A DNA stretch of 64,000 nucleotides. Origin: a virus. Lineage: Duplodnaviria; Heunggongvirae; Uroviricota; Caudoviricetes. Of the stretch, positions 48,275-58,394 are shown piece by piece. Position 1 is the first letter of the stretch. The number at the start of each line of letters is the position of its first letter. Where the stretch lies: IMG/VR virus record IMGVR_UViG_3300032050_000035; one strand, given 5' to 3'. A model generated the notes under the pieces. It saw only the letters and a program-made list of their open reading frames with translations, did not search any database and was not told where the DNA came from. Both the position numbers and the translations under genes were made by a program.

Positions 48275-48871
48275 TTAAAATTTTAAAATACCATCCAATC
48301 TATTACTACGATTTAATGTTTTCATACTCTTATTGATAACATCAATATTATCTTTTATTTTATCAAATATTTTCTGATTTTTATCTTCATAATATTTGAT
48401 AATATAATCCCATGCAAATATAGTAACATCTTTCTTAATTTGGTGTTTTGTTGTACTTTTTATGTATAGATGATGTTCTGTATTACCGACACCTAATTGT
48501 GTTCTACCAATTCGACAAGTTGAAAATTCAACTTGTTTACCATCGTAACAATTTAATGAAATATACATACAATATTCACCATCATGTGACTCAATCAAAA
48601 CCGTCCAATATGAATAAGTATCCGTACAATAATCATCATCAATCTTTACCTTCCAGTTTTCTAACTTTATGTTCTCCATAAAATTATAAAATGTTTTATA
48701 ATCAGGTTCGATATCTTCATATTGAGGCTCTTCAGGTATATTAGCAACTATCTTAACATCTTTATACTTTTCAATAACCTCTTCACTTTCTTTCTTTACT
48801 TTTAATAACTCTGAATATTTCACAAATAGAAAAACTTGTGATGCTATCAATAACAATACTAAAACTATCAT
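48275..48871 (-). CDS. hypothetical membrane-anchored protein
   Basis: N-terminal transmembrane helix; ORF. Confidence 0.45.
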   Translation of the reverse strand: MIVLVLLLIASQVFLFVKYSELLKVKKESEEVIEKYKDVKIVANIPEEPQYEDIEPDYKTFYNFMENIKLENWKVKIDDDYCTDTYSYWTVLIESHDGEYCMYISLNCYDGKQVEFSTCRIGRTQLGVGNTEHHLYIKSTTKHQIKKDVTIFAWDYIIKYYEDKNQKIFDKIKDNIDVINKSMKTLNRSNRLDGILKF

Positions 48872-49119
48872 ATACCTAATTCATTTAATTTAAAATCTCT
48901 AACTATTTGATCAGAAGGTTCATTTAATAAACTTTCTAACTTTTCTATTTCTTTATTCTTTTCTTCTATTAAATCATCACATTCTTTGTCTGTTAAACCA
49001 CCACCATAAACTCTATCTATATCTTCGAAGTGCCAAAACATTTTAACAAAGTATTTTAATTCAGAAAGTTCTTTTTTGAGTTTTCGCCTTTCTACACCAG
49101 ATATTTTATACGGGCTCAT
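48868..49119 (-). CDS. small protein ending ...RDFKLNELGI
   Basis: ORF in an overlapping array; conserved C-terminal peptide. Confidence 0.45.
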   Translation of the reverse strand: MSPYKISGVERRKLKKELSELKYFVKMFWHFEDIDRVYGGGLTDKECDDLIEEKNKEIEKLESLLNEPSDQIVRDFKLNELGI

Positions 49120-49421
49120 AATAATTCATTTAATTTAATTTCTCTGATTATTTCTTTAACATCTTTTTCAAATTTTAAGTATTCAATTTCATCTTCATAA
49201 TAAGGAATAAAGAATTTATGATTTTTATCTTCTTCATATTTATAATGTGGTTGTATCATAACTAAATCATCAAGATAATCATCAATATTTTCATTTGATT
49301 CGTCATACAAGAATATATCACCATTATACCAATCCCAACCATCAGCATAAAGATAAGGTTTTATGAACTCAAATTGTTCATAGTTACATTTTAAATTTTT
49401 ATAATCAGTGAAGAATTTCAT
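49116..49421 (-). CDS. small acidic protein ending ...REIKLNELL
   Basis: ORF in an overlapping array. Confidence 0.45.
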   Translation of the reverse strand: MKFFTDYKNLKCNYEQFEFIKPYLYADGWDWYNGDIFLYDESNENIDDYLDDLVMIQPHYKYEEDKNHKFFIPYYEDEIEYLKFEKDVKEIIREIKLNELL

Positions 49422-49657
49422 TAGTCTAAAATTGATTCTAATTTTTTATCACGATATTCTTCAACAGTGAGAAAATCACGTCTATAATACTCACCAAGAT
49501 AGTTATTACCATCAAATATCTTATACATATAAACAATACCATATGAAAAACCTAAAGAAACCTCATTGGTTTTAGCGTTGTATTGTTTATTCAATTCTAA
49601 CTTTTTATTTCTTGTATAAGAAATATCTGGTTCATTTATACAAATTACTTTTATCAT
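49421..49657 (-). CDS. small protein ending ...RDKKLESILD
   Basis: ORF in an overlapping array. Confidence 0.4.
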   Translation of the reverse strand: MIKVICINEPDISYTRNKKLELNKQYNAKTNEVSLGFSYGIVYMYKIFDGNNYLGEYYRRDFLTVEEYRDKKLESILD

Positions 49658-49872
49658 TTTATTCCAATTTTTCTTAACTGACTATCTCTCCATTCATCAA
49701 TTTTAATAAAGAAACCAGGTTGATAAACCTCTGATATCATACCATTATCATCTTTTATTAAAATACAATCAAGATCAGCAAATTTATTTAAAATCTCGGT
49801 ATATTTTTTACCAACAGTTAGTCTATGTTCATTAGCAGTATTGTCAACACAAACCCAAATAATTCCAATCAT
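49654..49872 (-). CDS. small protein ending ...RDSQLRKIGIK
   Basis: ORF in an overlapping array. Confidence 0.4.
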   Translation of the reverse strand: MIGIIWVCVDNTANEHRLTVGKKYTEILNKFADLDCILIKDDNGMISEVYQPGFFIKIDEWRDSQLRKIGIK

Positions 49873-50126
49873 ATACCCAACTCTTTTAACAATTCGTCTC
49901 TCATTTCAGACTTATTTAATGGTCTCATAATATCATCACTATAATTACCCTCTACACCATCTTCATTAGTGACTTTATAGAAAGGTCCACTATAATCATC
50001 ATATCTTCTCGAAACAAATGGTACGTGACCAGTTGATATAACATTATATACTTTACCAACTACTAAAGGGTAGGTACTAACTGACCCACCCCATCTCTTT
50101 TGATTGGAAATACATTTAACTTTCAT
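49869..50126 (-). CDS. small protein ending ...RDELLKELGI
   Basis: ORF; conserved C-terminal peptide. Confidence 0.45.
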   Translation of the reverse strand: MKVKCISNQKRWGGSVSTYPLVVGKVYNVISTGHVPFVSRRYDDYSGPFYKVTNEDGVEGNYSDDIMRPLNKSEMRDELLKELGI

Positions 50127-50148
50127 GTAACATCATGATATTAATTAT

Positions 50149-50358
50149 CTATTTTGAGGATTTCTCAAATAGTCCTAAATTACATCTATTATCTACTTCT
50201 TTTAAAGTTTCAAAATTTCTACAAGAAATAACTTTACTTTTAAATTTCACCCAGAAAAAATTATACTTTTGATAAACAATATATTCATCATCAACTTTTT
50301 CATAAAATACTTTTATATCACTAAAGCCGTTGTTCAATATTTTGTTTATTTTTTCCAT
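50149..50358 (-). CDS. hypothetical small protein
   Basis: ORF. Confidence 0.35.
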   Translation of the reverse strand: MEKINKILNNGFSDIKVFYEKVDDEYIVYQKYNFFWVKFKSKVISCRNFETLKEVDNRCNLGLFEKSSK

Positions 50359-50381
50359 ATAACAAAGATATGGAAAATAAA

Positions 50382-50978
50382 CTATATTCCGAGTTCTTTT
50401 AATTTAATATCTCTTAATTCACTAAGAAAAATTTTATTATCTTCATCTGTGATCCACGATTGAACATCAATATGATCCCAATAAAAAACTTTTTTTGTAT
50501 TTGATACTTCTGGTTTATAATTTCCTAAACCTAAGAATCTATTATACCCATATTTTTTCTCAAATGTAACAATCTTTACTACTTTATTATCTTCATGTAT
50601 ATAAAGTTTTATATAAGGTTCAAATACTAGTTCCGGTCTTGGTAGAGATGTTTTAATTTCGGAAATAGATGTCATGTTTGGTTTATCAAATTCAGAATTA
50701 GACATTATAATCATCTTATAACACTCTCTCCATCTAATATCAAATGACCAAGCATCACCTGGTGGTCTACCATTTTCATGCACTTTACAGTTACACCAAT
50801 GTTTAACAGTTCGAAACTCAGCATTTTCATGATCTACTATTCCAATACCATTACAACTTTTACATACATTGTTAAGAGCTTTTTCTACCTTGCGTTCTAT
50901 TTCTTTTTCCTCAATTATTTCTTTTTGTTTCTCAACTTTTTCTAAAAAGTAATTGTAAAGTCTTTTAAAGATATTCAT
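50382..50978 (-). CDS. Cys-rich protein ending ...RDIKLKELGI (start set at internal Met 50978; the track start 51020 lies inside a terminator hairpin)
   Basis: ORF; CKSCNGIG...C.C cluster; conserved C-terminal peptide. Confidence 0.45.
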   Translation of the reverse strand: MNIFKRLYNYFLEKVEKQKEIIEEKEIERKVEKALNNVCKSCNGIGIVDHENAEFRTVKHWCNCKVHENGRPPGDAWSFDIRWRECYKMIIMSNSEFDKPNMTSISEIKTSLPRPELVFEPYIKLYIHEDNKVVKIVTFEKKYGYNRFLGLGNYKPEVSNTKKVFYWDHIDVQSWITDEDNKIFLSELRDIKLKELGI

Positions 50979-50993
50979 ATTTATTATAAATAA

Positions 50994-51023
50994 AAATGAG
51001 TCACCATTTAGGTGACTCATTTA
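50994..51023 (-). terminator. hairpin terminator downstream of the SPFH gene
   Basis: inverted repeat aaatgagtcacc-attta-ggtgactcattt followed by a T-run on the minus strand. Confidence 0.5.
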
Positions 51024-51036
51024 GTTAAACTGTTTA

Positions 51037-51882
51037 TTACTTAATTCCTTTTATCACAGTAGTCCCTGAACCAAAGACGTTGCCAGAACCATAAGGTGAA
51101 CCTTGACCATCAGCGTATCCTTTCCACTTAATGTATTCGATATACTGAGGGTTTTTATTTAATTGTTGAGCCTCTTTCTTAATTGCTTCTGCTTTAAAGG
51201 TTGCTGTAATGATTAAAGAAGAGTCACCACGTGCTTTTTCAATTCTAGCGTCTGCTAAGTTTTTCTCTTCAGTTTTCTTTAACTCAGAAGTTAAGTTTCG
51301 CTGTTTTTGAGTTTCTTTACTAACAATCTCATTCGCAATTGCTCCTGGTAAGTTTACGTCTGCTAACTCAACATAGTTCAATGTTATAAAGTTTTTAGAA
51401 AAGTCTTCTCTTAGGATTTCCTCAATCTCTTCTTCAAGTGCTTCACGTTTAGTTGAGTAAACCTCTTGGTAAGTATATCGACCAATTACGTCTTTAATAG
51501 CACCTTTCACTTTATCATCAATAACTTGGATATAACCAGGTCCGTGTTTTAAGTGTAGTTTAGGTGTTTTACCTTTAGCCGCTGAATAGTTAGTTGATAA
51601 AACAACTGTGATATCTGTACCGTTGATATCCATTACGGTTGTTGTATCACGTTTTGATTGTTGACGAATGTTGTAAGTAACCATTTCGTTCCAAGGAGCT
51701 ACAAAGTAAGTACCCTCGTCATAGATTACTTCTTTTTGGATACCTCCACTATATGGTTTATAAAGGAACCCTTCTGAACCTTGTTCTACATCTTCCCAAG
51801 ACGTGATAAAGATGATAATACTGATAAGCGAAACTAAAGAAATCGCTACTAATTTAATGATGTTTTTTGGTGTCATTTCCAT
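51037..51882 (-). CDS. SPFH/band-7 (prohibitin/stomatin-like) membrane protein
   Basis: N-terminal transmembrane helix then an SPFH-like core and a coiled-coil tail rich in E/K/A. Confidence 0.5.
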   Translation of the reverse strand: MEMTPKNIIKLVAISLVSLISIIIFITSWEDVEQGSEGFLYKPYSGGIQKEVIYDEGTYFVAPWNEMVTYNIRQQSKRDTTTVMDINGTDITVVLSTNYSAAKGKTPKLHLKHGPGYIQVIDDKVKGAIKDVIGRYTYQEVYSTKREALEEEIEEILREDFSKNFITLNYVELADVNLPGAIANEIVSKETQKQRNLTSELKKTEEKNLADARIEKARGDSSLIITATFKAEAIKKEAQQLNKNPQYIEYIKWKGYADGQGSPYGSGNVFGSGTTVIKGIK

Positions 51883-51884
51883 TT

Positions 51885-52175
51885 TTATTTTTGTTTATTG
51901 ATTATTAAATAATTTACTACTAAATAGATGATTGTGAATTCTAATCCAATCACCGCGATTTTACCAACAAGTGGTAAGACTTTCGCAAATCTCAGAGCTA
52001 ATAAGATTGAGATTAGTGAAATAATAATACCAATCGGTATTTTAAAAAAAGGTTTGTTGATTAAAGTCATAAACTTACTGGGTTCACGTACTTTCTTTGG
52101 TTTTTCCAATACCTTATAGATCATAATCATGACTATAATAAGTGGAACAAATGCGATTAAAAATCTAAATATCAT
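51885..52175 (-). CDS. small membrane protein
   Basis: three hydrophobic helices. Confidence 0.4.
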   Translation of the reverse strand: MIFRFLIAFVPLIIVMIMIYKVLEKPKKVREPSKFMTLINKPFFKIPIGIIISLISILLALRFAKVLPLVGKIAVIGLEFTIIYLVVNYLIINKQK

Positions 52176-52207
52176 ATTGTTTTTTTTGTAAAGATAATAA
52201 AAATATT

Positions 52208-52462
52208 TTAAATACCTAACTCATTTAATTTATTTTCTCTTTCTTTTCTTAAAACCTCATTAACTCTACATTTACCGAAATAAAAATTACCCATTATTCT
52301 GCGTTCCGGGTGGAATAAATCAACTGATAACATTTCTACGTGGATTTCTCTAAGTCTAATAACCTCAACACAATCATCAAACCAAATATCATTTACATTT
52401 GCTGTGTTTTCTTCTTTTAAGATAATTAGTATCTTCCTCATTACATCGATATCAATCTTCAT
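52208..52462 (-). CDS. small protein ending ...RENKLNELGI
   Basis: ORF; conserved C-terminal peptide. Confidence 0.45.
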   Translation of the reverse strand: MKIDIDVMRKILIILKEENTANVNDIWFDDCVEVIRLREIHVEMLSVDLFHPERRIMGNFYFGKCRVNEVLRKERENKLNELGI

Positions 52463-52947
52463 TTTTTAAACAATAATTTACCGATTACTTTTGCTTTTTC
52501 TTGAAACTCTTCAAATGTACCATTATTATGTACAACAATATGAGCATCTTCGATTGATATTTTATTTGTGATTTCAGAGTTACCAAGACGCTTTGAAGCA
52601 TCAACCCATATGATTATATCAAAAAGATGTTTAGACGCTTCAAACTCTTCTAAATCTCTCATTCCAACATAACAATCATTTTCTTTCAAGATGGCTTTTG
52701 CTAACTTGGCTTTATCTTCTTTGTTGAAGAAACAGATAAGTTTATACCATAAACTTCTATGGTTTACTCTATCTTCAAAACACTCTTCGATTGATTGGTA
52801 ACCATATTCATCTTTAATTGTGTCGTAAATGAATAGCTCATTTGCCATTTCGGATGAAGATCTGTAAGTCATTCCGAAATACTCATTTAATAATTCAGCG
52901 AGTGTGTCTTTTCCAGACCTCATGTTACCAAGAATCAAAATCTTCAT
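52459..52947 (-). CDS. deoxynucleoside monophosphate kinase (T4 gene 1-like)
   Basis: MKILILGNMRSGKDTLAELL closely matches the T4 gp1 N-terminus MKLIFLSGVKRSGKDTTADFI. Confidence 0.65.
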   Translation of the reverse strand: MKILILGNMRSGKDTLAELLNEYFGMTYRSSSEMANELFIYDTIKDEYGYQSIEECFEDRVNHRSLWYKLICFFNKEDKAKLAKAILKENDCYVGMRDLEEFEASKHLFDIIIWVDASKRLGNSEITNKISIEDAHIVVHNNGTFEEFQEKAKVIGKLLFKK

Positions 52948-53112
52948 ATTTAAATTTATTTATTAAAAATGTACCCACAACACCACTTCTATATTCTTGT
53001 TGCTGTTCGGTTCCTCTTCGGTTGGTCTCTGTAAAGTTATAATCATTTTATATATCAAGTATTATATAACTACCAGAAGGTACATTACAAATATAATAAA
53101 ATAAAGCTAAAA

Positions 53113-53127
53113 GTTTAATATATAATC
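53113..53127 (+). promoter_or_regulatory. GTTTAATATATAATC promoter-like motif
   Basis: recurrent motif immediately before the 53129 start. Confidence 0.3.
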
Positions 53128-53128
53128 T

Positions 53129-53761
53129 ATGAAATATTTAAAATCATTTAAAGAGAGTATTGCTGGTGTTGATACAAATTTAGAAAGAATAGAAAGATGT
53201 AAAGATCTTAACGAACAGGAATTCTTAGACTTATTAAGACAAAATTGTAAAAACTTCTCATTTAGTAATGATTTGTTGTGGAGAGGTAAAAATAAAGTTA
53301 GTAAGTCTGATTTACAATTATTTCAACCAAGTCCTCGTAATGCTAGACCAGTTGCATTTCCTAAATTTTTTAATGACATAGCTGATGATCCTAATTTCCC
53401 AGTTAAAAGAAAGAATTCGTTGATTGGTGGTACCAATCTTGATACACTGAAATTTTTAGTTGATAGTGATATGTTCTTAGTTATACCTTATGATAATTCA
53501 GAAATTGTTTTTTGTCCAATTGTTGACTTATGGGCTTTATCTAATGATAGACCTGGTGGAAGTGAATTAGTTGGTAGAAAACAAATTAGTAAAGATAATT
53601 TTATAATGGTTAATTATACTCCAGATTTTAAAGTTCCTTTAGAAGACTTATCTAAATTAGATAAAGCTAATTTACGTGGAGGTGTTGAGTTTTTCACATC
53701 AAGTCCTTGTTTGTTAGTACACGAATCAAAGGTTGATTGGTTAAGAAACTCTTTAGATTAA
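53129..53761 (+). CDS. hypothetical protein with leader MKYLKSFKESIAG
   Basis: ORF; leader motif. Confidence 0.5.
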   Translation: MKYLKSFKESIAGVDTNLERIERCKDLNEQEFLDLLRQNCKNFSFSNDLLWRGKNKVSKSDLQLFQPSPRNARPVAFPKFFNDIADDPNFPVKRKNSLIGGTNLDTLKFLVDSDMFLVIPYDNSEIVFCPIVDLWALSNDRPGGSELVGRKQISKDNFIMVNYTPDFKVPLEDLSKLDKANLRGGVEFFTSSPCLLVHESKVDWLRNSLD

Positions 53762-54253
53762 ATCACTTAGTTTAATATCTCTAATTATGTTTTTTGAAAT
53801 GGTGGAGTAAGCATCATTATCAGAAAATTTGATAAAGTCTTTCACATCGAAGTTTTCTTCTACATAAGAAAAGAAATCTCCCAACTTAGTAATCCATTTA
53901 TTCTCATGATAATGTTGATTATGATAAAAAGGTAGATAAATATCTACATCACCTGTAAAATGTTTTAAAAACTCACTTGTTTCTTCTTTTAGAAATCTAC
54001 CACCATCTTCTTCGTGAAACATTCTTAAATCTCTAATGAAAACTCTTTTGTGTTTCAATCTGTCTAAATTAAACTTTTTAATGTTTTTTAAACAATAACT
54101 ATTGCCCCAAGTTTCTTGACTTGAATATGAATGTAACATCAAACTATTAGTTTGGTGATAAATAGATTCAATAACTTTTGTTAAGTTATTACCCCATCTA
54201 TCACCAGACAAAAAAGTGGTTTTATTTATCTCTATTTCTATCTTGTATATCAT
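53753..54253 (-). CDS. hypothetical protein ending ...IRDIKLSDLI
   Basis: ORF; tail related to the ELGI motif. Confidence 0.45.
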   Translation of the reverse strand: MIYKIEIEINKTTFLSGDRWGNNLTKVIESIYHQTNSLMLHSYSSQETWGNSYCLKNIKKFNLDRLKHKRVFIRDLRMFHEEDGGRFLKEETSEFLKHFTGDVDIYLPFYHNQHYHENKWITKLGDFFSYVEENFDVKDFIKFSDNDAYSTISKNIIRDIKLSDLI

Positions 54254-54485
54254 TTTTAGATAGTTCTTTTTCTATTAATGATTCGAATGTTTGATCTAAT
54301 TCACTTTTTTTAATAATCCACTTAATCATATTATACATTATGTATAACATTAATAATTTGAAAACTAGTGGTATATTACCAAAAATTAAATCTACACCTA
54401 ATATATATTTTGTGAAGAAATAAAAAAGGTTTAAATCAAATAAATGTAGAATTATTAGGTAACATCTAAGTAGAAATAGTTTCAT
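54222..54485 (-). CDS. small membrane protein
   Basis: hydrophobic ORF. Confidence 0.35.
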   Translation of the reverse strand: MKLFLLRCYLIILHLFDLNLFYFFTKYILGVDLIFGNIPLVFKLLMLYIMYNMIKWIIKKSELDQTFESLIEKELSKNDIQDRNRDK

Positions 54486-55126
54486 TACTTTTGTAATTTA
54501 AGTTTCTTTTTAGCCTTTTTCTCAGCACTTACTACTTTCTTGGCTTCAGCAAAATTGGTTTTTTGATCTTCTGTTAAATCAAGAACTAACTTTTTAACAC
54601 TTTCATGTCGGTTAGTTACTCTATTATAAGTCCAATTTGAAGTATAAATTGGTTTTATATCAGCAAAATTGTAAATACTTAAAAGTGTTTGATACCACTC
54701 AACACTATCATTAGCATAATGTAATAAGTAAGTTCTATATTTCGCAAAAAACTTTTTAAGTGCTGGTTCATCACTTTTCTTTAAGAAGTCCCATTCTTTT
54801 TTAAGAGAGTTGAGATAACGTCTATCATATTCTCTATTAGGTGTGTTAGCACTTTCTAATAACTCAATAAATTTAGAGTGAAGAATTGATTTTTCATCAT
54901 CAACACAAAGTAAACTATCTAGTTGATTATCTCTAACTAAAGAAGATAAATGAGCTGCGATATCAAAAGTTTTGGTTAATTCAAAAACTTCAACTGTACC
55001 CTCTGTTGACTTTTTTAACTCTTGATTTAGTTTTTTCTCGCTATAAACATATGTTATGTTGTTGTAAGTATATTGGTTATTCTGACCATAATACTTCTTA
55101 CTTGTTATTTTCCAAATCTTACTCAT
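54485..55126 (-). CDS. hypothetical protein with Lys-rich C-terminus
   Basis: ORF. Confidence 0.45.
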   Translation of the reverse strand: MSKIWKITSKKYYGQNNQYTYNNITYVYSEKKLNQELKKSTEGTVEVFELTKTFDIAAHLSSLVRDNQLDSLLCVDDEKSILHSKFIELLESANTPNREYDRRYLNSLKKEWDFLKKSDEPALKKFFAKYRTYLLHYANDSVEWYQTLLSIYNFADIKPIYTSNWTYNRVTNRHESVKKLVLDLTEDQKTNFAEAKKVVSAEKKAKKKLKLQK

Positions 55127-55218
55127 TTAATACAATTTTTGACAAATATAAAAAATATTTTTTTTAAATCGATATGAATTTTAAAAAACTTTATTTAATT
55201 TTACACTAAATATGTTGT

Positions 55219-55425
55219 ATGAAAAAAGACAAGAAAAAAAAGAATAAATTAAAAAAGAAAAATGATAAGCTTGATAAAGTAATTGAAAAATTAAGGTATC
55301 ATGTTTATAGAAACTATCAATGGTGTCATCACAACGATTGTGAAGAAACAGATTATATTAAAGGTGTGAATGATATTTGTATTTCAATGGTTGAATTCAC
55401 AAAAAAACTTAAAAAGAAAAAGTAA
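55219..55425 (+). CDS. small Lys-rich protein
   Basis: ORF. Confidence 0.35.
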   Translation: MKKDKKKKNKLKKKNDKLDKVIEKLRYHVYRNYQWCHHNDCEETDYIKGVNDICISMVEFTKKLKKKK

Positions 55426-55775
55426 TGTATTGTATCTGTTGTAAGAAAAATAATGTATCACCATTTATTGATAAAAATCTTGATGAAACCGAAGAAGATT
55501 TACTTTGGAGATCTGTTGAGAAACAAGGTAGAAGATTAACCATCAATAATGAAATGATCAATAATGGTATTATACATATAATTGATGCTGGATACGGATC
55601 TGTCCATGATATGGACCAATTCATTATTGCTATATGTGATGATTGTATAAAAGAAAATCTTAATGATGCTACTTTATTAATATTTAAGAGTGCTGATTAT
55701 AGAAACGCTGATAAACAATTAGAAGAATCAAAAAAGAAATATAGAAGAAGAAAAAATTTAGATGATTTAGTATGA
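55425..55775 (+). CDS. hypothetical protein
   Basis: ORF. Confidence 0.4.
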   Translation: MYCICCKKNNVSPFIDKNLDETEEDLLWRSVEKQGRRLTINNEMINNGIIHIIDAGYGSVHDMDQFIIAICDDCIKENLNDATLLIFKSADYRNADKQLEESKKKYRRRKNLDDLV

Positions 55776-55963
55776 AAATAGTATTAATTATAATAGTATT
55801 AATTTTAACTTCTTGTAATAATTACAATATATACCAACAAAGAATGAATGATAGAAAAGAAGATTCTATCAAAATGTTTCACGAAGTTCATAAGGTAAGA
55901 AAAAAATGTTCAAGTGGTAGAAGAACAAAAAAATTTAGAAAAAAACCAAAATACACGAATTAA
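55772..55963 (+). CDS. small lipoprotein-like protein (TSC at signal end)
   Basis: MKIVLIIIVLILTSCNN looks like a lipobox. Confidence 0.35.
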   Translation: MKIVLIIIVLILTSCNNYNIYQQRMNDRKEDSIKMFHEVHKVRKKCSSGRRTKKFRKKPKYTN

Positions 55964-56006
55964 ATAAACATTTTTCACTATATTTGTTAAACAAAATCTG
56001 AGAAAA

Positions 56007-56690
56007 ATGGTATACGACATCAATCAAAAATTTAATTTCTTACAAGACTTAACCTCAATGGTAGTAGCTGGTATAACTCCTTCTATCTTAGTAACTGGTG
56101 AAGGTGGTTTAGGTAAAACTCATACAGTTAAAGAATCTATTAATGAGAGTGGTTTACAACCAGATGATTATGTTTTCTTTAAAGGTTACTCAACAGCAAG
56201 AGGTCTTTATAATACTCTTTACGATAACAATGGTAAGTTGATTATTTTTGACGATTGTGACTCAGTACTAGATGATAGAGTTGCTGTTAATATCTTAAAG
56301 TCAGCACTTGACTCTTATGATACTCGTGAAATTTCTTGGATGGCTAAAATGAATAAGAGTGATGAATACCCACAACAATTTAAGTTTACAGGTAATATCA
56401 TCTTTATTTCAAATAAAAATAAGTCTAGTATTGATCAAGCAGTTTTATCAAGATCTTTAACTGTTGACTTGTCAATGACTCCATCTGAAAAGATACAACG
56501 TATGAAATTTATCCTACCAAATATCTTACCAGACTATGACATTAAAGTAAAAGAAGAAGCATTAAACTTCTTAGATCTTAACAAAGATAAGTGTGAGTTG
56601 AATATGAGAACATTAATTATGATTTCAAAAATCAGATGTTGTTACCCAGATACTTGGAAAAACTTAGCAAGTTATATGATTAACTCATAA
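56007..56690 (+). CDS. AAA-type (AAA_5/MoxR-like) P-loop ATPase
   Basis: Walker A GEGGLGKTHT, Walker B LIIFDDCD, sensor-like AVLSRS; resembles the ATPase half of 12977..14680. Confidence 0.55.
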   Translation: MVYDINQKFNFLQDLTSMVVAGITPSILVTGEGGLGKTHTVKESINESGLQPDDYVFFKGYSTARGLYNTLYDNNGKLIIFDDCDSVLDDRVAVNILKSALDSYDTREISWMAKMNKSDEYPQQFKFTGNIIFISNKNKSSIDQAVLSRSLTVDLSMTPSEKIQRMKFILPNILPDYDIKVKEEALNFLDLNKDKCELNMRTLIMISKIRCCYPDTWKNLASYMINS

Positions 56691-56694
56691 AAAA

Positions 56695-56724
56695 AAGAGG
56701 TCACAGACCTCTTTTTTAATTTAA
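56695..56724 (+). terminator. rho-independent terminator
   Basis: hairpin aagaggtc-aca-gacctctt plus T-run. Confidence 0.7.
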
Positions 56725-56855
56725 AATAACTATATTTATATAAAAATAAAAATCATGAACCAGTACGAAGACTACTTTGACACAGAACTAATAAAACTTA
56801 TGACAAAAGCGATTGCTTTAGACGCACTTATCTATGATTTAACTTATTATAACTA

Positions 56856-57287
56856 ATGTTAAAAGCATATAAAGTTATTAAAAGTATAGAACTTTCTTTT
56901 CATAATAAAGAAAAGGTTGATTATGGTATTCATTTAGAAAATGGAGATTCATTTTTCATTGAAAGTGGATTCTGGAATAGTAATTATTCTTCTAAATCAG
57001 AGGAAGTCTTTATATTAAGAAGAGTTATCTATTCAGAACAAAATCTTTATAAAGATGAATCAGGTGAAATAAAAACAAAAGAACATACCAAAGATGTTGA
57101 TAATATCAATATCATAAATCCTACTATAAAGTCATATGATGGTGATGGTGTGAGAACCATTGGAACATTCTTTGATAAAAAACCTTTTATTGAAAAAATT
57201 GATATACTAATATCAGAGGGGATAATAGAAGAGTCTGTTTCTTGGAATAGAGAATTAAAACTAAAACAAATTATAAATGAGATTTAA
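56856..57287 (+). CDS. hypothetical protein ending ...RELKLKQIINEI
   Basis: ORF. Confidence 0.45.
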   Translation: MLKAYKVIKSIELSFHNKEKVDYGIHLENGDSFFIESGFWNSNYSSKSEEVFILRRVIYSEQNLYKDESGEIKTKEHTKDVDNINIINPTIKSYDGDGVRTIGTFFDKKPFIEKIDILISEGIIEESVSWNRELKLKQIINEI

Positions 57288-58089
57288 CCACGACGCTAAA
57301 ACAACTGATGAAGCAATTGAATATTTTATGGCGAGAGCTAAACAATTGTTACGATTTGGTTTTTCATTAAATGAAATAATAACTCCGGATGAAGGTGTTG
57401 TTATTGCTTATTTTATTAAAGGTGGACTACCATACCAATCAATTTATATATTAGATGGGTACCGAGGTAAAGGAATTTACAAAGAGTGGATAACAAATAA
57501 AATTATAACGTCAACTGATTGTAACATTTCAGATTACTTAAAAAAGAATGATATACCATTCGTAGAAGTAGATTTTGAAGATACGAAAGAATACAAAACA
57601 ATATCACAATTTTATGGTGATCAAAAGGCAACTCGTAGTGGTGTTTACTTAATGAACCACATAGATGAAGGTCTTTATATTTTAGAAAAAATAGGAGCAT
57701 CAGAAACAGCTAAAAAGGCTTATATGTTACACCCTATTATTCAAAGTGATGAGGCATTAAAACAAAACTATGACCAATTAAAGGAATTTGATACAAAGAC
57801 TATAATTGCTTTAACAGAATATCGTTCAGTAGCAAATGAATACTTATCTAAAAGAGAGATTAATTCTTTAGAAGAAATTAGATTATCTCCTTTAAAAGAT
57901 GTAAATGATATGTTGATCGCTGATAAAATTCAAAATAGAAAAGATTTTGAACTTTATCATTTAGGAACACATCCGAGAAGTAATGAATTAGATCAATACT
58001 TTAAGAATTGGTTAGAAAAATTAGGTATAAGTGATGAAACTTATCAGAAATTTAAAATTGAAATAACAGATTTATATGAGACTTGTTAA
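57277..58089 (+). CDS. hypothetical protein
   Basis: ORF. Confidence 0.45.
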   Translation: MRFNHDAKTTDEAIEYFMARAKQLLRFGFSLNEIITPDEGVVIAYFIKGGLPYQSIYILDGYRGKGIYKEWITNKIITSTDCNISDYLKKNDIPFVEVDFEDTKEYKTISQFYGDQKATRSGVYLMNHIDEGLYILEKIGASETAKKAYMLHPIIQSDEALKQNYDQLKEFDTKTIIALTEYRSVANEYLSKREINSLEEIRLSPLKDVNDMLIADKIQNRKDFELYHLGTHPRSNELDQYFKNWLEKLGISDETYQKFKIEITDLYETC

Positions 58090-58363
58090 AATAACAACAC
58101 TTCCAAAAGCATCAGACGCTTGGATTGATCGAGATGTCATTATGTTACACTCTTGCTTTCAAATTCTTGTAGATTGTGTTGAAAAAGAAGGAGTTGACAC
58201 TCATTGTAATTATGAAGCTCACAAAGATTTTGTAGATGAAGTAAGATTTCTTTATCAATGGTGGAAAATTCGTTCAGATAGAGATTGGAAGTTAAACTCT
58301 GATGATGAAGATGATGAAATGTTACTTCGTCTTATGAAAATCAGAAAATCACTTTGGACCTAA
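58076..58363 (+). CDS. hypothetical protein
   Basis: ORF. Confidence 0.4.
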   Translation: MRLVKITTLPKASDAWIDRDVIMLHSCFQILVDCVEKEGVDTHCNYEAHKDFVDEVRFLYQWWKIRSDRDWKLNSDDEDDEMLLRLMKIRKSLWT

Positions 58364-58394
58364 ACCTTTTCCATAAAATAATTTTTTGATATAA

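Noticed and set aside
48868-52462. The conserved ...KLNELGI gene ends as a nucleotide-level junction signal (translational coupling or promoter)
   Set aside because: Instances use different synonymous codons and different stop codons, so the conservation is at the peptide level. The ATGA-type start/stop overlaps are common throughout the window regardless of the motif.
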